Shown here in pieces: positions 12,951-25,979 of a DNA stretch of 64,000 bases. This DNA is from Camelus ferus (lineage: Eukaryota). A program made the translations under genes and the position numbers. Numbering within the stretch: position 1 is the stretch's first letter; every line of letters starts with the position of its first letter. Under the pieces are notes generated by a model. That model saw only the letters and a program-made list of their open reading frames with translations, was not told the DNA's origin and searched no databases. The DNA is taken from assembly GCF_009834535.1 (NCBI RefSeq), contig NC_045696.1, positions 34,784,001 to 34,848,000 on the forward strand, read 5' to 3'.

Positions 12951-13507
12951 TGTTAGTTTGATTAATAATTTGTAAGTGTAAAATTTTGTATGTGGGCCTC
13001 CATTTGTGCTGTTTAAAAAATTGTATGTGGGCCTCCAATTGTACTGTTGCCCTGGACTCAGCAAATGTTGTGATAGATCTAGGAAAAAGTGAGAAAGAAA
13101 TATGAAAATATATGGAAAAAAAGGTGGGATAATTGATATAATTACATAGTTTCAAAGGGAAGGAATTATTATTCTTAAAATTTTTGAGAAAGGAGATAAT
13201 ATAGGATATTTGAGGAATATACTCTGTAATATATGCTGCCAATAGTTAGAGAGATTGTTGTTTGTTGACCTGTGAACCATAGTAACGGCGCAATTGCTTT
13301 TGAAGGTCTTACTTTTTTGATAGTTAATACTCAGTTATGCATTTTCCCATTGGTGTTTTGCAGTGTTGGTGTGAATCAGAGTAGCTAGTTGGATAATTTG
13401 ACTGTCTTAGGTGGAGAAAAGAAAATAATGAAGCATAGATTTTAGGCTGGATATGGAAGAAATTAGGAGAAAATTGACAAATTTAAGAATAAGTAAATGG
13501 GTAAAAA

Positions 13508-13763
13508 ATAACTAACATTTACATAGCACCTACTATCTTCATACCTACACCATACTAAATGTTCTACATTGTCTCATTTTATCTTCATAACAACTGTATT
13601 AAAGGGGTATGAGTATCTGTTAGATTAAACATAATTCCATTTTCTTTAGATGAGGAAATTGAGGCCTTGTCTAAATTTCCACAGCTAGGAAGCAACTGAT
13701 CCAGGATGTAGATCCAAGCAGACTGAGTTAAGAGCCCACACATTTAACCACTGACTATATTGC
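13508..13763 (-). mobile_element. MIR SINE
   Basis: aataactaacatttacatagcacctacta...tttagatgaggaaattgaggc...ttaaccactg (MIR core). Confidence 0.8.
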
Positions 13764-15470
13764 CAATGAGGGTAAAGTGGAAATGGATTAAAATACACAC
13801 AAGAGGACTGGAATAACTGACAGTTGTGGTCAGGAAACAGGATATTAATGTTAAAGATGTCAGATACAGAGCTGCTTTGGGTGATGTTGGATCTAAGGTG
13901 GGGGCTGAAGTTAATGTAATTAGAGCTAAGGCAATTTAAGAACCTTTAGGCAGAGTTTTCAGTAATTCATGTTCATGGATGTTAAAATCACCCGTGATAC
14001 TGGCTGAATTTGAGGTGGAGAGTAAGACCAATGAAATTTTATATTTCTGTTTGTCATACTGGTTGGCTTTCTCTAAACCTTTAGAAAAATTCTAGAAGTT
14101 GAAGAACTCTAGTATTGGGTACCTTATTTAATCAGTCAGGAAAGATTCCAGGTTCTCAGCCTACCAATAGACAATCTAGTAAATGGATATAGTTGCTTTT
14201 CTTGTGTCCACTACTTGTCATCACTCCTGAAGTTACCTGGATCTCAGTCATGTATCCCTTCCCCAAAGAGAGGTCTTGACATCACTGTTTGAGACTTACT
14301 ACTATGCAGGGTCCTTTTGGCCTCTTTGGTTTGATACTTCATCTGTGCCAGAGAGGAACTCCAACACTTAGGAATAGGGTCCACTGAGGGTTCCTGCTAC
14401 AATAAGGAAATTCACCAGTATGAGTATGTATTGAAAGGCCAATTTTGTAGAATCCTTGAGTTTCTTGGCTGTTGATTTAATATTTGTCAGGTAATCTCCT
14501 GGACTATCAATTCTCCAATGTCATCTTAACTCATAGTATTGTGTTATATTAATATAACATGTTATTATTAATTTAACAACAAACTCTTTTAAAAGGCTTG
14601 TTATTTATATACATTCTCTGATGGGGATTAAAGGAAAAGATGGTGCCAATTTCAGCCTAAGAAAGAAGACCATCATGGATTCTATACTGGACCCAATGGC
14701 ATCCTATGGTAAAAATTAGTCCAAAAGTAACTGCATATTGGCAATATTCTCTTTCCTCTAACTTTGTTTAGTGTGGGTTTTCTGTCCTGTAGCATTTGGT
14801 TCTCAGCAGAGGTTTTTAAACTCTAGCACTTTGAAGTCCCATAGACTCACAGACCAGTGCCAGGCCCTGGATTTCCATTTGTGGCCAGTCCTGTGATTAA
14901 AAAGCTTCAGAGCATGTCGGTGACAAGGCAGTGTGAGCATTCCAGGGCAGTCAGTTTGTGTAATGGTTAAGCCGCAGTGGTATGTGGGTATCATGTTGTC
15001 ATCATGTTCTAGAGTGAGTTGACCAAAAACCAAGAGGCAGGGAAGGCATAAAATCAACCTATAATGCAAATTATGAAAGAGAAATTTGTTTTCCTAAAAG
15101 AGATTGGAAGTTTTCATGTCAGCAAATCTTAAAGTTTGGTTTGTAAATGAGTCTTGAATTTGAAAGCAAAATACTTTATTTCCTCAAGCAATAGTTCTGC
15201 ATCCCTCACCACATTTATACTTTAATAGAGAATGGGTATATAAAGGGTGACTTTAAGTGGAGTATTGGAGTGATCAATTTCCTAGGATTAAAAAAAAAGA
15301 GAGATACGTAGTAGATATATTGAAGGAGGAGAATGAGGGGCAAAGTAACTGTGAAATATATAACTGGAGCTAATGCAAGAAACAAGAGAAAATTTTATAA
15401 ACAGAAGCGTAATTAATTCTGTAAGTTAAAGTATTTTATTTTGTTTTGTTTTATTTATTTATTTTTTCAG

Positions 15471-15557
15471 AAAGTTAGCTTATACCTCAGCCTGCCCCCT
15501 TATTACCCTCAAGAGAAGCTTTCTAATTCACAGGAAGAAATAGAAAAGGAAACTAAG
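15471..15557 (+). CDS. Candidate internal coding exon (87 nt, phase 0-0): KVSLYLSLPPYYPQEKLSNSQEEIEKETK; gene unidentified
   Basis: Very strong acceptor (long T tract, ttttttcag), donor AAG|gtgaaa, only one open frame, length a multiple of 3, located in non-repeat sequence. Confidence 0.5.
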
Positions 15558-15936
15558 GTGAAAAAGAAGTCAAATAGTTGCTGGGTACATTGAGGCTTCA
15601 TTTGTGGAAGTTGTGCTTGGAGTGAGTTTTAATTAAGGATGGGGCGCTAGATGTTTAAGGCTGAGGCAGAGAAAGTGTCATATAGGGACAGTGGCAGGGA
15701 ATGGAGAAAGGATGACTTGAAGATAGTGCTTGAATGTAGTAGCTTAGTACATGCTGAGTTTTATTTTTCATGCATTATTACCCTGTAGTATTTGTAACTA
15801 AGATAAAAAAAAAGAATTCCAAAGCTTTTTAGAGTAAAAACAAAAGAATTTCTAAGGGGACTCCACATGTCAAACTTACATTTCCTTAACATTTAGAAAT
15901 CTATGCTTTCAAAACTGGCCTTTAGTTTTGTTGCAG

Positions 15937-16020
15937 ACAGTGCTTTGGAAAACAGAGCCCTAAGTCTGAAAAGGTCAACACAAGCCCTTCTCACCAATAA
16001 AATGAACACTTTCCTTTCGT
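15937..16020 (+). CDS. Candidate terminal exon; in phase with the previous exon it gives TVLWKTEP* (stop 15961-15963) and a short 3' UTR
   Basis: Acceptor ttttgttgcag, AATAAA at 15996-16001, 379-bp intron from the exon at 15471-15557. Confidence 0.4.
15996..16001 (+). terminator. Candidate polyadenylation signal
   Basis: AATAAA followed by ctttcctttcgtc, downstream of a candidate last acceptor. Confidence 0.35.
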
Positions 16021-16521
16021 CACTGGGGAATAGTCCTGATGCTGTTGAATATTAAAGTAATGAAGAATTTCTGTTATCTAAAGTATTTGTTTTGTTCTCT
16101 AGACATATGAGCTAGTCCTAATTTGCAAAGACTGGTCGAAAAAATCTCATTTGGATAGGATTTAATAAAAATGCAAGTCCTTTGACTAATGGTAAGTTGA
16201 TAGTATTTGGTTTTTCTTCCAAGTAAACAGATTTGTTTCCAGGAATTTTGAGTGATAGAAAAATGACCTTTAAACCTATTTTTCAAGTGGAAGAGACTGT
16301 TCTGTTGTGAAAATTCATATACAAATATTTTGGAGAGTAAAAATCTCCAATGAATTAATGGGAAACAAAAAGCTATGTACTAAACAATATGAACTTCAGA
16401 TGATATTATTGACATTTTTCTCCTATAACATAAATTTGGAAGTTTTTAGTCTAATAAAGAACAAGTTTCATCATTAAAACTGTTTTTGGCCAAGTTGATA
16501 CATAGATGCTATTTTTTAAGT

Positions 16522-16912
16522 TAATAACCATTTGTTGAGAGTCCATTAGCTGCCGAGTCCTCTTCTAGGCACTGAAGATACAACAATGAATAAGACAGTA
16601 TTTGCCTTCAAAGAATTGGAATTCTTACTGGGAAAGACAGGTAATAAAAAGGAAAAATATGAATAATAGAATATCAAATAGTAATAACTTGAAAGGGGAA
16701 AATAAATTAGGGACAATAAATTACTTCAGCCAGACTGGTTGGGGAAAGACTCTCTAAAAAGACTGTACTTGACTTGGGATTTAAATGATGAAAAGGAGGC
16801 AGACAAATGAAGATCTAAGGGGAAGAGGCCTTAAAAAGAAGTAATAATAACTGAAAAGGCCTGAAGTCAGAGACAAGCTTGGTATTTTTGTGAACCAGAA
16901 AGAAGGCCAGTA
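16522..16912 (-). mobile_element. L2 LINE 3' part (resumes at ~17995-18200 and ~22345-22910)
   Basis: ccatttgttgagagtcc...ctaggcactgaagatacaacaatgaataagacag matches the L2 3' end in reverse. Confidence 0.75.
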
Positions 16913-17975
16913 AGCTTTCTTTCACAAGAAAGAGAAAAAAAATTCCAATAGTTTAAAATGATTAGGACATATTTTGGCTCACATAACTAGAAGTGCAAAG
17001 GTTGGGTAATTTGCAGGGTTGTTTGATCCTGTTGAACAAGTGGCATCTATTGCTCATTTTATCCATAGTAGAAGTTCAAAACTCCTTTTTCCCACTGCAT
17101 CTTGGTATTGGAGTCATCAAGGAAAGCACAGTGCAGAGAAGCACTGGATTGGATGTAAGGGAGGTACAGAGCAAGATCAGCTTCTGCAGTGGGTATTGGT
17201 CCCCCATGGCCAGCAGGTCCCTTCTGATAGCTGATGCATGCATGCTTTTTGTGCTGCAGTAGAAGGAGCCTGTCCCCTCCTGGAATGGTGGAGATCGCAG
17301 TGGAGTTGGCCAGATGCCATATATTGCACATGCTTAAGCAGAACAGTGGAGAACACATTGAATCTGAGGGAAAGATATTCCCATGCATGGTGACCAGCCC
17401 AGCAAAGACCATGAGGACTCTTGACCTCTTGGTAAGGTTGTGTTCCAGGCCCAAAGCCTGTTCTTAAGCAGCCAACATGGGGTGGAAAGATTGCAAGCAC
17501 AAGACCTCCTTTCCCAACAGATTCCATCATCAAGAACCCAGATTTTATTTCCTTCTTTCCATTTTCTTCCCCAGTATATTTGCATTAACCTTTGATCTTT
17601 AATCCTTTAAGGTATGTTCACTTTGTGGTTATAGAATGGATGCTAGTATCCCTCAGAGTTCCCTCATTCAAGAGATGTCATTCAGATGTCTCTTGGAAGA
17701 GTGACAAGGAACTTTCTCAGAAGCTCTGTTGACCTCTTCTCACATGCTACCCAAATCTTTTAAATAACCAATCCTGAACTAATCACTGGCGAGGGGAATA
17801 TAATTATTCTTATTCTTTTATCAGGCCCACCTCTGGATATGTCTGAGGAGGCAGGAAACCTGTACTTCCCACATGCCTGAGCTATGTATCTGTACAAGAA
17901 AATCCAAGAACATGAAAAAATTTAGAATTCTTTTTAGAGGAATAAGATGGGGCAAACTGTTGGTTAGGCAACTTA
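16913..17975 (-). mobile_element. Old MaLR LTR (MLT1K-like) split by a ~480-bp unidentified insert
   Basis: ttggctcacataactagaagt...tttgatcc at 16975-17029 continues as catcaagaacccag at ~17527 and cctgaactaatcactggc at ~17773. Confidence 0.55.
17040..17515 (-). pseudogene. Possible processed-pseudogene (retrocopy) fragment, parent unidentified
   Basis: GC-richer, non-repeat-like sequence interrupting a colinear LTR, with several long frames including a 131-codon minus frame (17059-17454). No poly(A) or clear TSD; strand uncertain. Confidence 0.35.
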
Positions 17976-18199
17976 TTGATAATCTGACATAGCTATTATG
18001 GCTATAGTATAGTGAATAAAGAAGAAAACAGAAAGAATTGAGGCCAGATATTTAGACAATGGAGAGATTATGCAGAGTCTTGTAGGATATTGAGTTTGCA
18101 ACTTACTTTTGTTGAAGGGAAAAGCAATTTTTGGATTTTTAAGCCATGTGTGTGTTTGTATGTGGTATGATCTGATATATGTGTAAAACTGATCACTGA

Positions 18200-21100
18200 T
18201 GATAAGCAGTGTGACAAGTTCAGGCAATTCTTCCTGCAGAAAACAATTACAGAAACTGGAAAAAAATCAAAAACAATAATTTGAAGATACTGGAAAATGA
18301 CCAAAGGCAGGCAGAGACTTGAGAAGAATTCACTAATGAAAGATGGTTATTATGTCAGGTAGAAAGTACAGTTTTGTGGCTTTTTGAAAAATACTCAATC
18401 TAAGTGACTCAATTTCAGGGTAGGAAAATCACTGGATTTTTAGGGGAAATTTTTAAAAGCAGGAGTACCACAAAAGGGTTGAAATCCAAAAACCTGAATA
18501 TAAGCTTTGTCCAAATGCTGGGATGACCAGTAGAGTACACATGTATGCAGGTGACCCCAGGAAATCTGATGCAAAGACAGGGATAAAGTAGAGATGTGTC
18601 TCTTAAAAGACAGAATTGCTTCTGGTGAAATATTGGAATTTGTTATGCCTTTGATTGCATGCATTTCCTAATCCACAGAGAGCTGGGGTGGCAGAAAACA
18701 GTAGCCTTATTAGATTAATTTCTTTGAGGGAAGGATTCTAGGATGGAAAAGCAATTGGAAATTTATAAGTGGGCCTGGAGGCAAAAAACCACCAAAAGGA
18801 TGAGCCTAAAAATCTGCATCAACTTAGCTAAATTCCTTGGCAGACATCTAAACTAAACAGGTACAGAAGAGACCAACATGGGAGCTAAGCTAAAAAAGCA
18901 GCAACTTGAAGCCAAGAAAACTTGGCAGAGGTAACATCTTTTCCACACCATGAGGCAAATTTTAGAGTCTTGGCAAGTTCATGGCTTACTGAAACCAAAC
19001 ACCAATAATCCTAAGAAGAAGAAAAGAGATTTCAGAGTCACTGTAACATATTATCTTGTTATGGACTGTATATTTCCTGCCCTCCTGCCTCCATTCATAT
19101 GTTGAAGACCTATCCCCCAAAGTAACTATATTTGGAGATGGGGCCTTTGAGGAAGTAATTAAGATTAAATGAATATGTACGAGTGGGTCATGGCCCAGTA
19201 GGTTTAGTGTCCTCATAAGAAGAGACACCAGAGCACTCATTGTCTCCCTCTGTGCACATATTGAGGAAAGGTCATGTGAGGACATAGTGGGAAGGCAGTG
19301 GTCTGCAAACCAGAAAGATAATTCTCATCAGAAACTTAATTGGCCAGAACCTCCAGAACTTTGAGAATTGTTAAGAACTGGAAATTAATTTCTCTTGTTG
19401 AAGCCACCCACGATATTTTGTTAGGGCAGCCTGAGCTAACTAAGACATTGTCTATCGTGACAAGTTTGCAACTAAAAATTATTAGCCGTGGAAATAAACT
19501 AAAAAGAATGACACATATGCAAAAAAAACAAAACAAACAAAAAAAAAACTGTCAGTACTAACTGATTGCAAGTGGGTAAGGATGCTAAATTAACATAAAC
19601 TTCAGAGCAGCTATTACAAATATTCAATGAACTAGAGGAAAACATGTTCAAAGATCGAAGAAAATGTGTTATTGCTAAGTGAAAAGATAGGGCATTTTAA
19701 CAGAGAAATGGAGACTAAAAAATAAATGGAAATTCTAAAGCCAAAAATTACAATAACTAAAAAAAAATTTCCTAGATGAGTCCAAAAGCAGACTGGTGAC
19801 AGCATAAGAAAGAATCAATTAACTTGAAGATACTTCAATAGGAACCATACAACTCAAAGAGCAGAAATAAAAATAGATTTAAAAAATGAGCATAGCTTCT
19901 TCAGAGACCAGTGGAGAGTATCATAATTTCCAACATATGTGTAATTGGAATCAAGAGGGAAAGAGAAAGAGAAAAGGACAGAAAAATATTTTCAGAAATG
20001 GTAGCAAAAGGATTATGAAATTTGAGGATAAACATTAACTTAACAGATACAGGAGGCTCAATGACCCGAAATTAAAAAATAAAGAAAAGCTACACTTACA
20101 CACATTATAGTTAAAAATGTTGAAAATCAAAGATAAAAGAGAAAACTCTAAAGGCAGCATGGTATCATTATATATATATCAGGTGACTATGATAAAATTA
20201 TATGTTGATATTTTATCAAAAATAATGAAGGCCAGGAAACATTAAAATGATATATTTCAAAGGGCTGAAAAAACAAACAAAAAAGGCCAATCAAGATTTT
20301 TATATTCAACCAAGCTATTTTTTTTTTAAATAAAAGAGATTTTCCAATCGGCAAGCACTAAAGGAATTTGTTGTACCACTGAAGGAAAACCAACACCAGA
20401 AAAGGAAGGCCTTCAAGTTGGAAAGAAATCATCTATACAGAACTGAATAAAGAGGATTCAAAGATAAATTATTGGAAGTATATAAATATATATTTATAGT
20501 TTTCCTTTACTTCCTAATTTCTCTAAAAGACTTATGACTGTAAAGCAAATTTATAACACTGTATTGTTAGGTCTATAACATGTATTGATGCATTATGTGT
20601 GACAATGATAACACAAAGGAATGAGGGGTGTGTGTAAATGAAACAATATTGGTGCAAGACCAGCCAAGAATGTCAATGTTTAAGTAGATTGAAATAACTT
20701 AAAGTTTAATGCTTTAGTTCTTAGAGCAACCATTTAAAAATATAAAGAATTGTTGCCTAACATCAAAGAAAATCAATTTTATGATTAAAAATTATTGGCT
20801 TAACAGGAAAGAAGGTGGGAAGGAGAAACAGAGTAATAAAATGCAAGTGAGACAAACAAAAAATGAATAGCAAAATGTCAGAAATAGGTCCAAATGTATT
20901 GATAACTACATCAATAAACAGACTTCATTCAGTAGATATCACAGTGGATTAAAAAAGCAGGACCCTCATCTATTTAAACCATAAGAGATAGATTTTAAAT
21001 ATAAATATGTTGAAAGCAAAATAATAGCAAAAGTGTAAAATACAAATAGTAAGCATATGTAAACTGAAGGGGCTGTATTAATACAAGGTTAAATAGACTT

Positions 21101-22330
21101 AACACAAAGATTATTACTAGAAGCCAAAGTAGAGGCTTCATAACAATAAAAGTCTGAGTACAACAGGAATATATTATAATTATAAATGTGACTGCATCTA
21201 ATAACAGAACTCCAAAATACTTGAAGAAAAGCTCTATAGATCTGAAAGGAATAATAGACAAATTGACAATGATAGTTATTACCACTCAGTAATTAATAGA
21301 ACAAGTTGACAGAAATTCAGTAAAGATATAGAAAGATTAAACAATACTCTTAACTGATTTGACCTAATTGTTATTTGTAAAATACTCTACCCAACCATAG
21401 AAGAATACATTATTTTCAATTGTATATGAAATATTTAGCAATGTATATCATATTCTGGGCTATAAAACACAGTATCCTTCAAAAGGACATGTAAAAGAAC
21501 ATTTAAAATTCATAGAAAGTATGTTCTCTGACCATAATGGACTAAATAAGAAATCATTATCAAAACAATCTGGAAAATCTACATATATTTAAAAATTAAA
21601 TAATGCTCTTTTATAGAACTCATGGATTAAAGAAGAAATAAAAGGAAATGAGAAAATATTTTGAACTAAATAAAATTTAAGGCACAACACATCAAAATTT
21701 GTGGGATGCAGCTAAAGTGATATGCAGGGGAAAATGTAACAATAAATTCTTACAAAAAAGAAAAGGTGAGAATCAATTATCTGAGTTTCCACTTTAAGGG
21801 GCTCAAAAGAGAACAAATTATATCTAATGAAAGTAAAAAGAAAGAAATGATGAATATGAGTGGAAATTACTGAAATAAAAATAGAAAAAATGGACAAAAT
21901 AGAAAAACTCAATGAAACCAAAAGTTAACTCTTTAAAAAGATAAGAAAATGATAAATATCTAGCTCAACTAATGAAACAAACAGTAGAAAACACAAATGA
22001 CCAAGCTCAAGAATGAAAGATCAGACTTCAGTATAGATATTATATATCTATATAGATAGGAGACTTCTATGAACAACTGTATGCCAATAAATTTCACAAA
22101 TTTAATGAAATGAACAAAATTCTCGAAAGACAATAATTATAAAAAAGGATTCAAGATAAAATAGAAAACCTGAATAGCCCTATCCCAACAAAAATAGATT
22201 ATTAACATTTATGATTTAAAATCTTTCCACCAAGGACTACTAGGCCCGTATGGCCTCTCTGGCAAATTCTATCAAATATTTAAGAAATACTTAATACCAA
22301 TTCTATATAGATTCTTCTAGAAAAAAATTA
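18200..22330 (+). mobile_element. Ancient L1 (5' region, ORF1 and ORF2 endonuclease/Z remnants)
   Basis: A-rich, with L1 hallmarks: aacatatgtgtaattggaat, aaagtatgttctctgaccataatgg, caaaatttgtgggatgcagctaaag, tatgaacaactgtatgccaataaattt. Confidence 0.85.
19057..19447 (+). mobile_element. MLT1A/A0-like MaLR solo LTR nested in L1
   Basis: TG...CA ends (tgttatggactg...gagctaactaagaca), tatttggagatggggcctttgaggaagtaattaag, flanks ttatct/ttgtct. Confidence 0.85.
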
Positions 22331-23079
22331 CTTAAATTGCTTTATGGAGAATGGATGGTAGAGGAACAAGAGTTGAAGCAGGGGGACAGATCAGGAGTTT
22401 GTTAGAATAATGCAAATTAAATTGATGAAGCAAAATATTAGAGTTGTAACAGTGGACTTGGTGAGAGTGGTGTAACGGGATATATTTTATAGGTAAAGAT
22501 AATAGCACTTACTGGATTTTGACAGATGTGGGACATGAAGAAGAACAATCCATGTGCCTCCTTAGTCTTTGGCCTAAGCAATTAAGTAGATGAGAGCTAT
22601 TAACTATAAAAGGGGAGACAAGAGCAGTGTATTTGAGGGTGAGAGAGTGCTGAATTCCCGTTTGCATGCTTTGAACTAAAGATACTTCTGAGATATCCAA
22701 GTGAAGTTGCCAAGTGGCCAACAGATGGAATGGTGCTGTATTCAGTAGACGTCCTGGGTGAAGACCTAGATTTGGGAGTCTCATCAGCACATAGAAAAAT
22801 TTTTCAAAGAAACTGGATGAAATCATCCTAGGCCATGAGTACACATGATGGAGTAAAGCCAGCCTGCAGAGGTCCACTAGCCTTTTGTGAGCAAGAGAAG
22901 ATAGAACGTGATGTGACTCTATATCTATTCAATATTTTTCATTTCTCTGTATCTCTTCCAAAATTCTTCTATTTCACAGACACTCAAAACTCACTTCTGA
23001 CACCATGTTTACTCAAGACACCAGGCTTTCTTCTTCACTTTGACTATGGAATGGCCACTCTTTCCTTTTCCTACCCCTC

Positions 23080-23570
23080 CAGGCTAAAATCATTCCCATT
23101 TTGGATCTTTAAACTCGCTATCACTTCTTCCTGGAGCATTCCTCCCACTGGTCTCCCCATGGTATACTTGACCACATTCAGATTTCGGCTCATATTATCC
23201 AGACTCAGAGAGGCCTCCCTGCTTTCCCTTGCTGACCAAAACTTACTAGCTCAGTCATTCTCTATCACATTGTCTGGTTTAATTTTCTCCAAAGCCACTT
23301 AATGATTTATCATTGTTTTGATTATTAACTGCCACTTCATATCCTCTTTTTTCTTTTTCCCCCTATTTCTAAATATTGGTGCTCTCCACTATCTGATTTC
23401 AGCCTTCTTTTATTTGCATTTGTATGTCTCCTCACTCTAGAATGTTTTAACTCAGTAAGTTCAGGTTCCTGCCTTTCTTGTTCATTTCTGCATCACCAGT
23501 TTCTAGAACAGAGTCTCTCTGGCATATTGTGGATGCCCAGCAAATGTTTTTTGAATAAGTTAATGACTAT
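23080..23570 (+). mobile_element. L2 LINE 3' end
   Basis: Ends ctggcatattgtggatgcccagcaaatgttttttgaataa, like the L2 terminus. Confidence 0.65.
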
Positions 23571-23797
23571 TGAGGACTTTTGATCTTAGTTACCTAAAAT
23601 GACTAATTTCAGTCTAATTTCTATAGATCTTTACTTACCTTCATCTTTTCTTCGCAAAGAGAAAATTCTCCGATATTTTCTTGATTCACTCCTATTTCGC
23701 TAGCTTCAGGATCTAACTCTTTGAATTATATTCTTTGTTTTAGTTTCAGTCACCCTTTATATTCACTATTTTTTCAATCTATGAATGTACTCAAAAC

Positions 23798-23892
23798 AAA
23801 AACAAGCAAGAACTTTCCCTGATTCCTGCCACTTCCTCAAGCATGTAAAAACAAGCAAGAACTTTCCCTGATTCCTGCCACTTCCTCAAGCA
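23798..23892. repeat. Exact 46-bp direct duplication with a 3-bp spacer
   Basis: aaaaacaagcaagaactttccctgattcctgccacttcctcaagca at 23798-23843 and 23847-23892. Confidence 0.95.
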
Positions 23893-24729
23893 AACATACT
23901 TACCCTCTTCCTTTTTGTGAAGAGAACCAGCATCTGACCTTCGAGTCAAGCTTTAACACTGGTTCTGGCCTATCCCAAGCTTTTTATTCTAAAATTACCA
24001 ATAATTCCTGGTTATTAAATAAGTGACTTCTTTCAATTCCCACCCCTCTCAACCACTCTGCAACCATTGTTTAGCTTTTTCTTTTTGTAACTCTTCTATA
24101 TTTTGTTTCCATTCACATTTCTGAATTCTCCATGTCAATTTTAATTGCTGCCTCAGGTTACCTAAAAAAGAAGAAGTTCTTTAGAAATCTTCATTCTCTT
24201 TCTAATGGCAACCTCATCTGGTATCATGGTTTTAATACTTAACAATATGCTGATGATCACAAACCTGTAGTCTGACTTTTTTTTGCAGAGCTCCAGATCC
24301 CGATTTCCACTGTTATTCTGAATACCTCAACCTGAAGTTCTTGCCAAAACCTCAAAGGGAATACTTCTAACATGAAACCCATCATCGTTCCTCCCAAACA
24401 TCTGCTTCTCACTATGTATGGCTATCCCTCTACCTAGACTTGGGAACTTTAGTGTTTCCTTTGACTTCTCTCTTTCTTTCATCTTTCTATTAAATTATTT
24501 ATCAAGTCCTATTTATTCTAGCTGTGCTGTATCTAGATGTTTGTCCCTTTCGCAACATTCCTAGCACTACTACTTTGTTCAGGTACTTTGACTTTGAATG
24601 ACTGAGTCTGTATTCCCCCTGATTTTCCCAGATTGCCTCAACTCCTTCTTTCATCCGTGTTACATTCTGCTGCTGGATTAACTTTCTTACAGCACAGATC
24701 TAATAATGTTGCAAATTTCAATATTAAGA

Positions 24730-24962
24730 GAACAATAGCAAAACTTAAGTGCTTATTATATACTAGGCTCTCCTTTAAGTGCTTTACCATTAGCCCTTAC
24801 ACAAATGCTGTAACATAGATACTCTTTATATCTTCACTCTTTATATCTTTTTCCAGGAGAGGAAATTGAAGCACAGAAAAAGGTAATATGCCCATGATCA
24901 CATAGTTTGAAAGTGTTAAAGCTGCTATTTGATGATTTTAGCCAACACACTATGTACTGCCT
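24730..24962 (-). mobile_element. MIR SINE
   Basis: ggagaggaaattgaagcacagaaaaaggtaatatgcccatgatcacatag (MIR core). Confidence 0.65.
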
Positions 24963-25094
24963 TAGTTATCAAACCTGAGGACTCTTCATTGTCTACACAG
25001 TGATCATCTGTGAATTTGATTCAATTGACTCTATTTTAATGAAAAAATAGTCTTGAATTTGCAAATGTTAGCCACTATACATAAAAATGGATTA

Positions 25095-25258
25095 AAAAAC
25101 AAATTTCTTCTATATAGCACAGGGAACTATATTCAGTATCTTGTAATAACTTGTAATTAAAATGAATATGAAAATGGATATATGTATGTATATTCATGAC
25201 TGGGACATTGTACTGTACATCTTGACACATTGTAACTGACTGTACTTCAATAAAAAAA
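25095..25258 (+). mobile_element. Short L1 3' UTR fragment (artiodactyl/camelid type)
   Basis: tatatagcacagggaactatattcagtatcttgtaataac...ttgtaactgactgtacttcaataaaaaaa, with imperfect TSD aaaaatggatta/aaaaatagactta. Confidence 0.85.
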
Positions 25259-25779
25259 TAGACTTATCTTAAGCAATGATATCAATAATATAAAAGATTT
25301 TACATTTTCTCACATATCCATAAAATACATATAAAGCTGTTAAAATAGAAAAATGCTGTCAATATACCACTTAAAATCATATCACATACTATACTTCAGA
25401 ATATGTCTGCAAAACAAACAAAATCGTTATGGTGTTATATACATTTTTTTGCTGTTCAGATTTATTAATGATTCAGATTATTAAGTCCACACATTATATA
25501 TTTACTCTTAAATATATAACTTCATTTCTTACTTCTATGCTTTATTCTCTCATCAGTAAAAAAATTAATGAATAAATTCAGCCCCTCTTCTCTGTATATA
25601 GTGCACTCTTTTTGGTTTCTTGACTTTTGTTCTTGCTTTCTAAAAAATATTTAAAACTCTATTAAATAAACTTTTGAATATATCAAAGTTTTATCAATTT
25701 TTTTTCCCACTCATGAAGATTCAACTAAGTGGGTCTAATAAGCTCTTGCATCTTGATAGGATATTTCTGTGTTCTAAGC

Positions 25780-25979
25780 CAGTGCTTTCCAATGAGCCTC
25801 TTCACAGTAATGGAAAGGCACCATTGTCTGTCTAATGCAGTAACCATTAACTACATATGACTAGTGAGAACTTGAAATATGGCTGGTGAGGCTGAGGGAT
25901 TAGATTTTTAGTTTTATTAAATTTAAATTTAAATAGCTGCATATGGCTGATGTCTCCTGTACTGGAGAATACAGCTCTA
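25780..25979. mobile_element. MER3-like hAT-Charlie MITE
   Basis: cagtgctttccaat...acttgaaatatggctggtgaggctgag...aaatttaaatagctgcatatggctg...acagctcta. Confidence 0.75.

Noticed and set aside
22509..23302. 122-aa and 155-aa ORFs
   Set aside because: They overlap L2 fossils and show no recognisable domain.
23798..23892. Direct repeat as a possible CRISPR array
   Set aside because: Only two copies, a 3-bp spacer, mammalian context and no cas genes.
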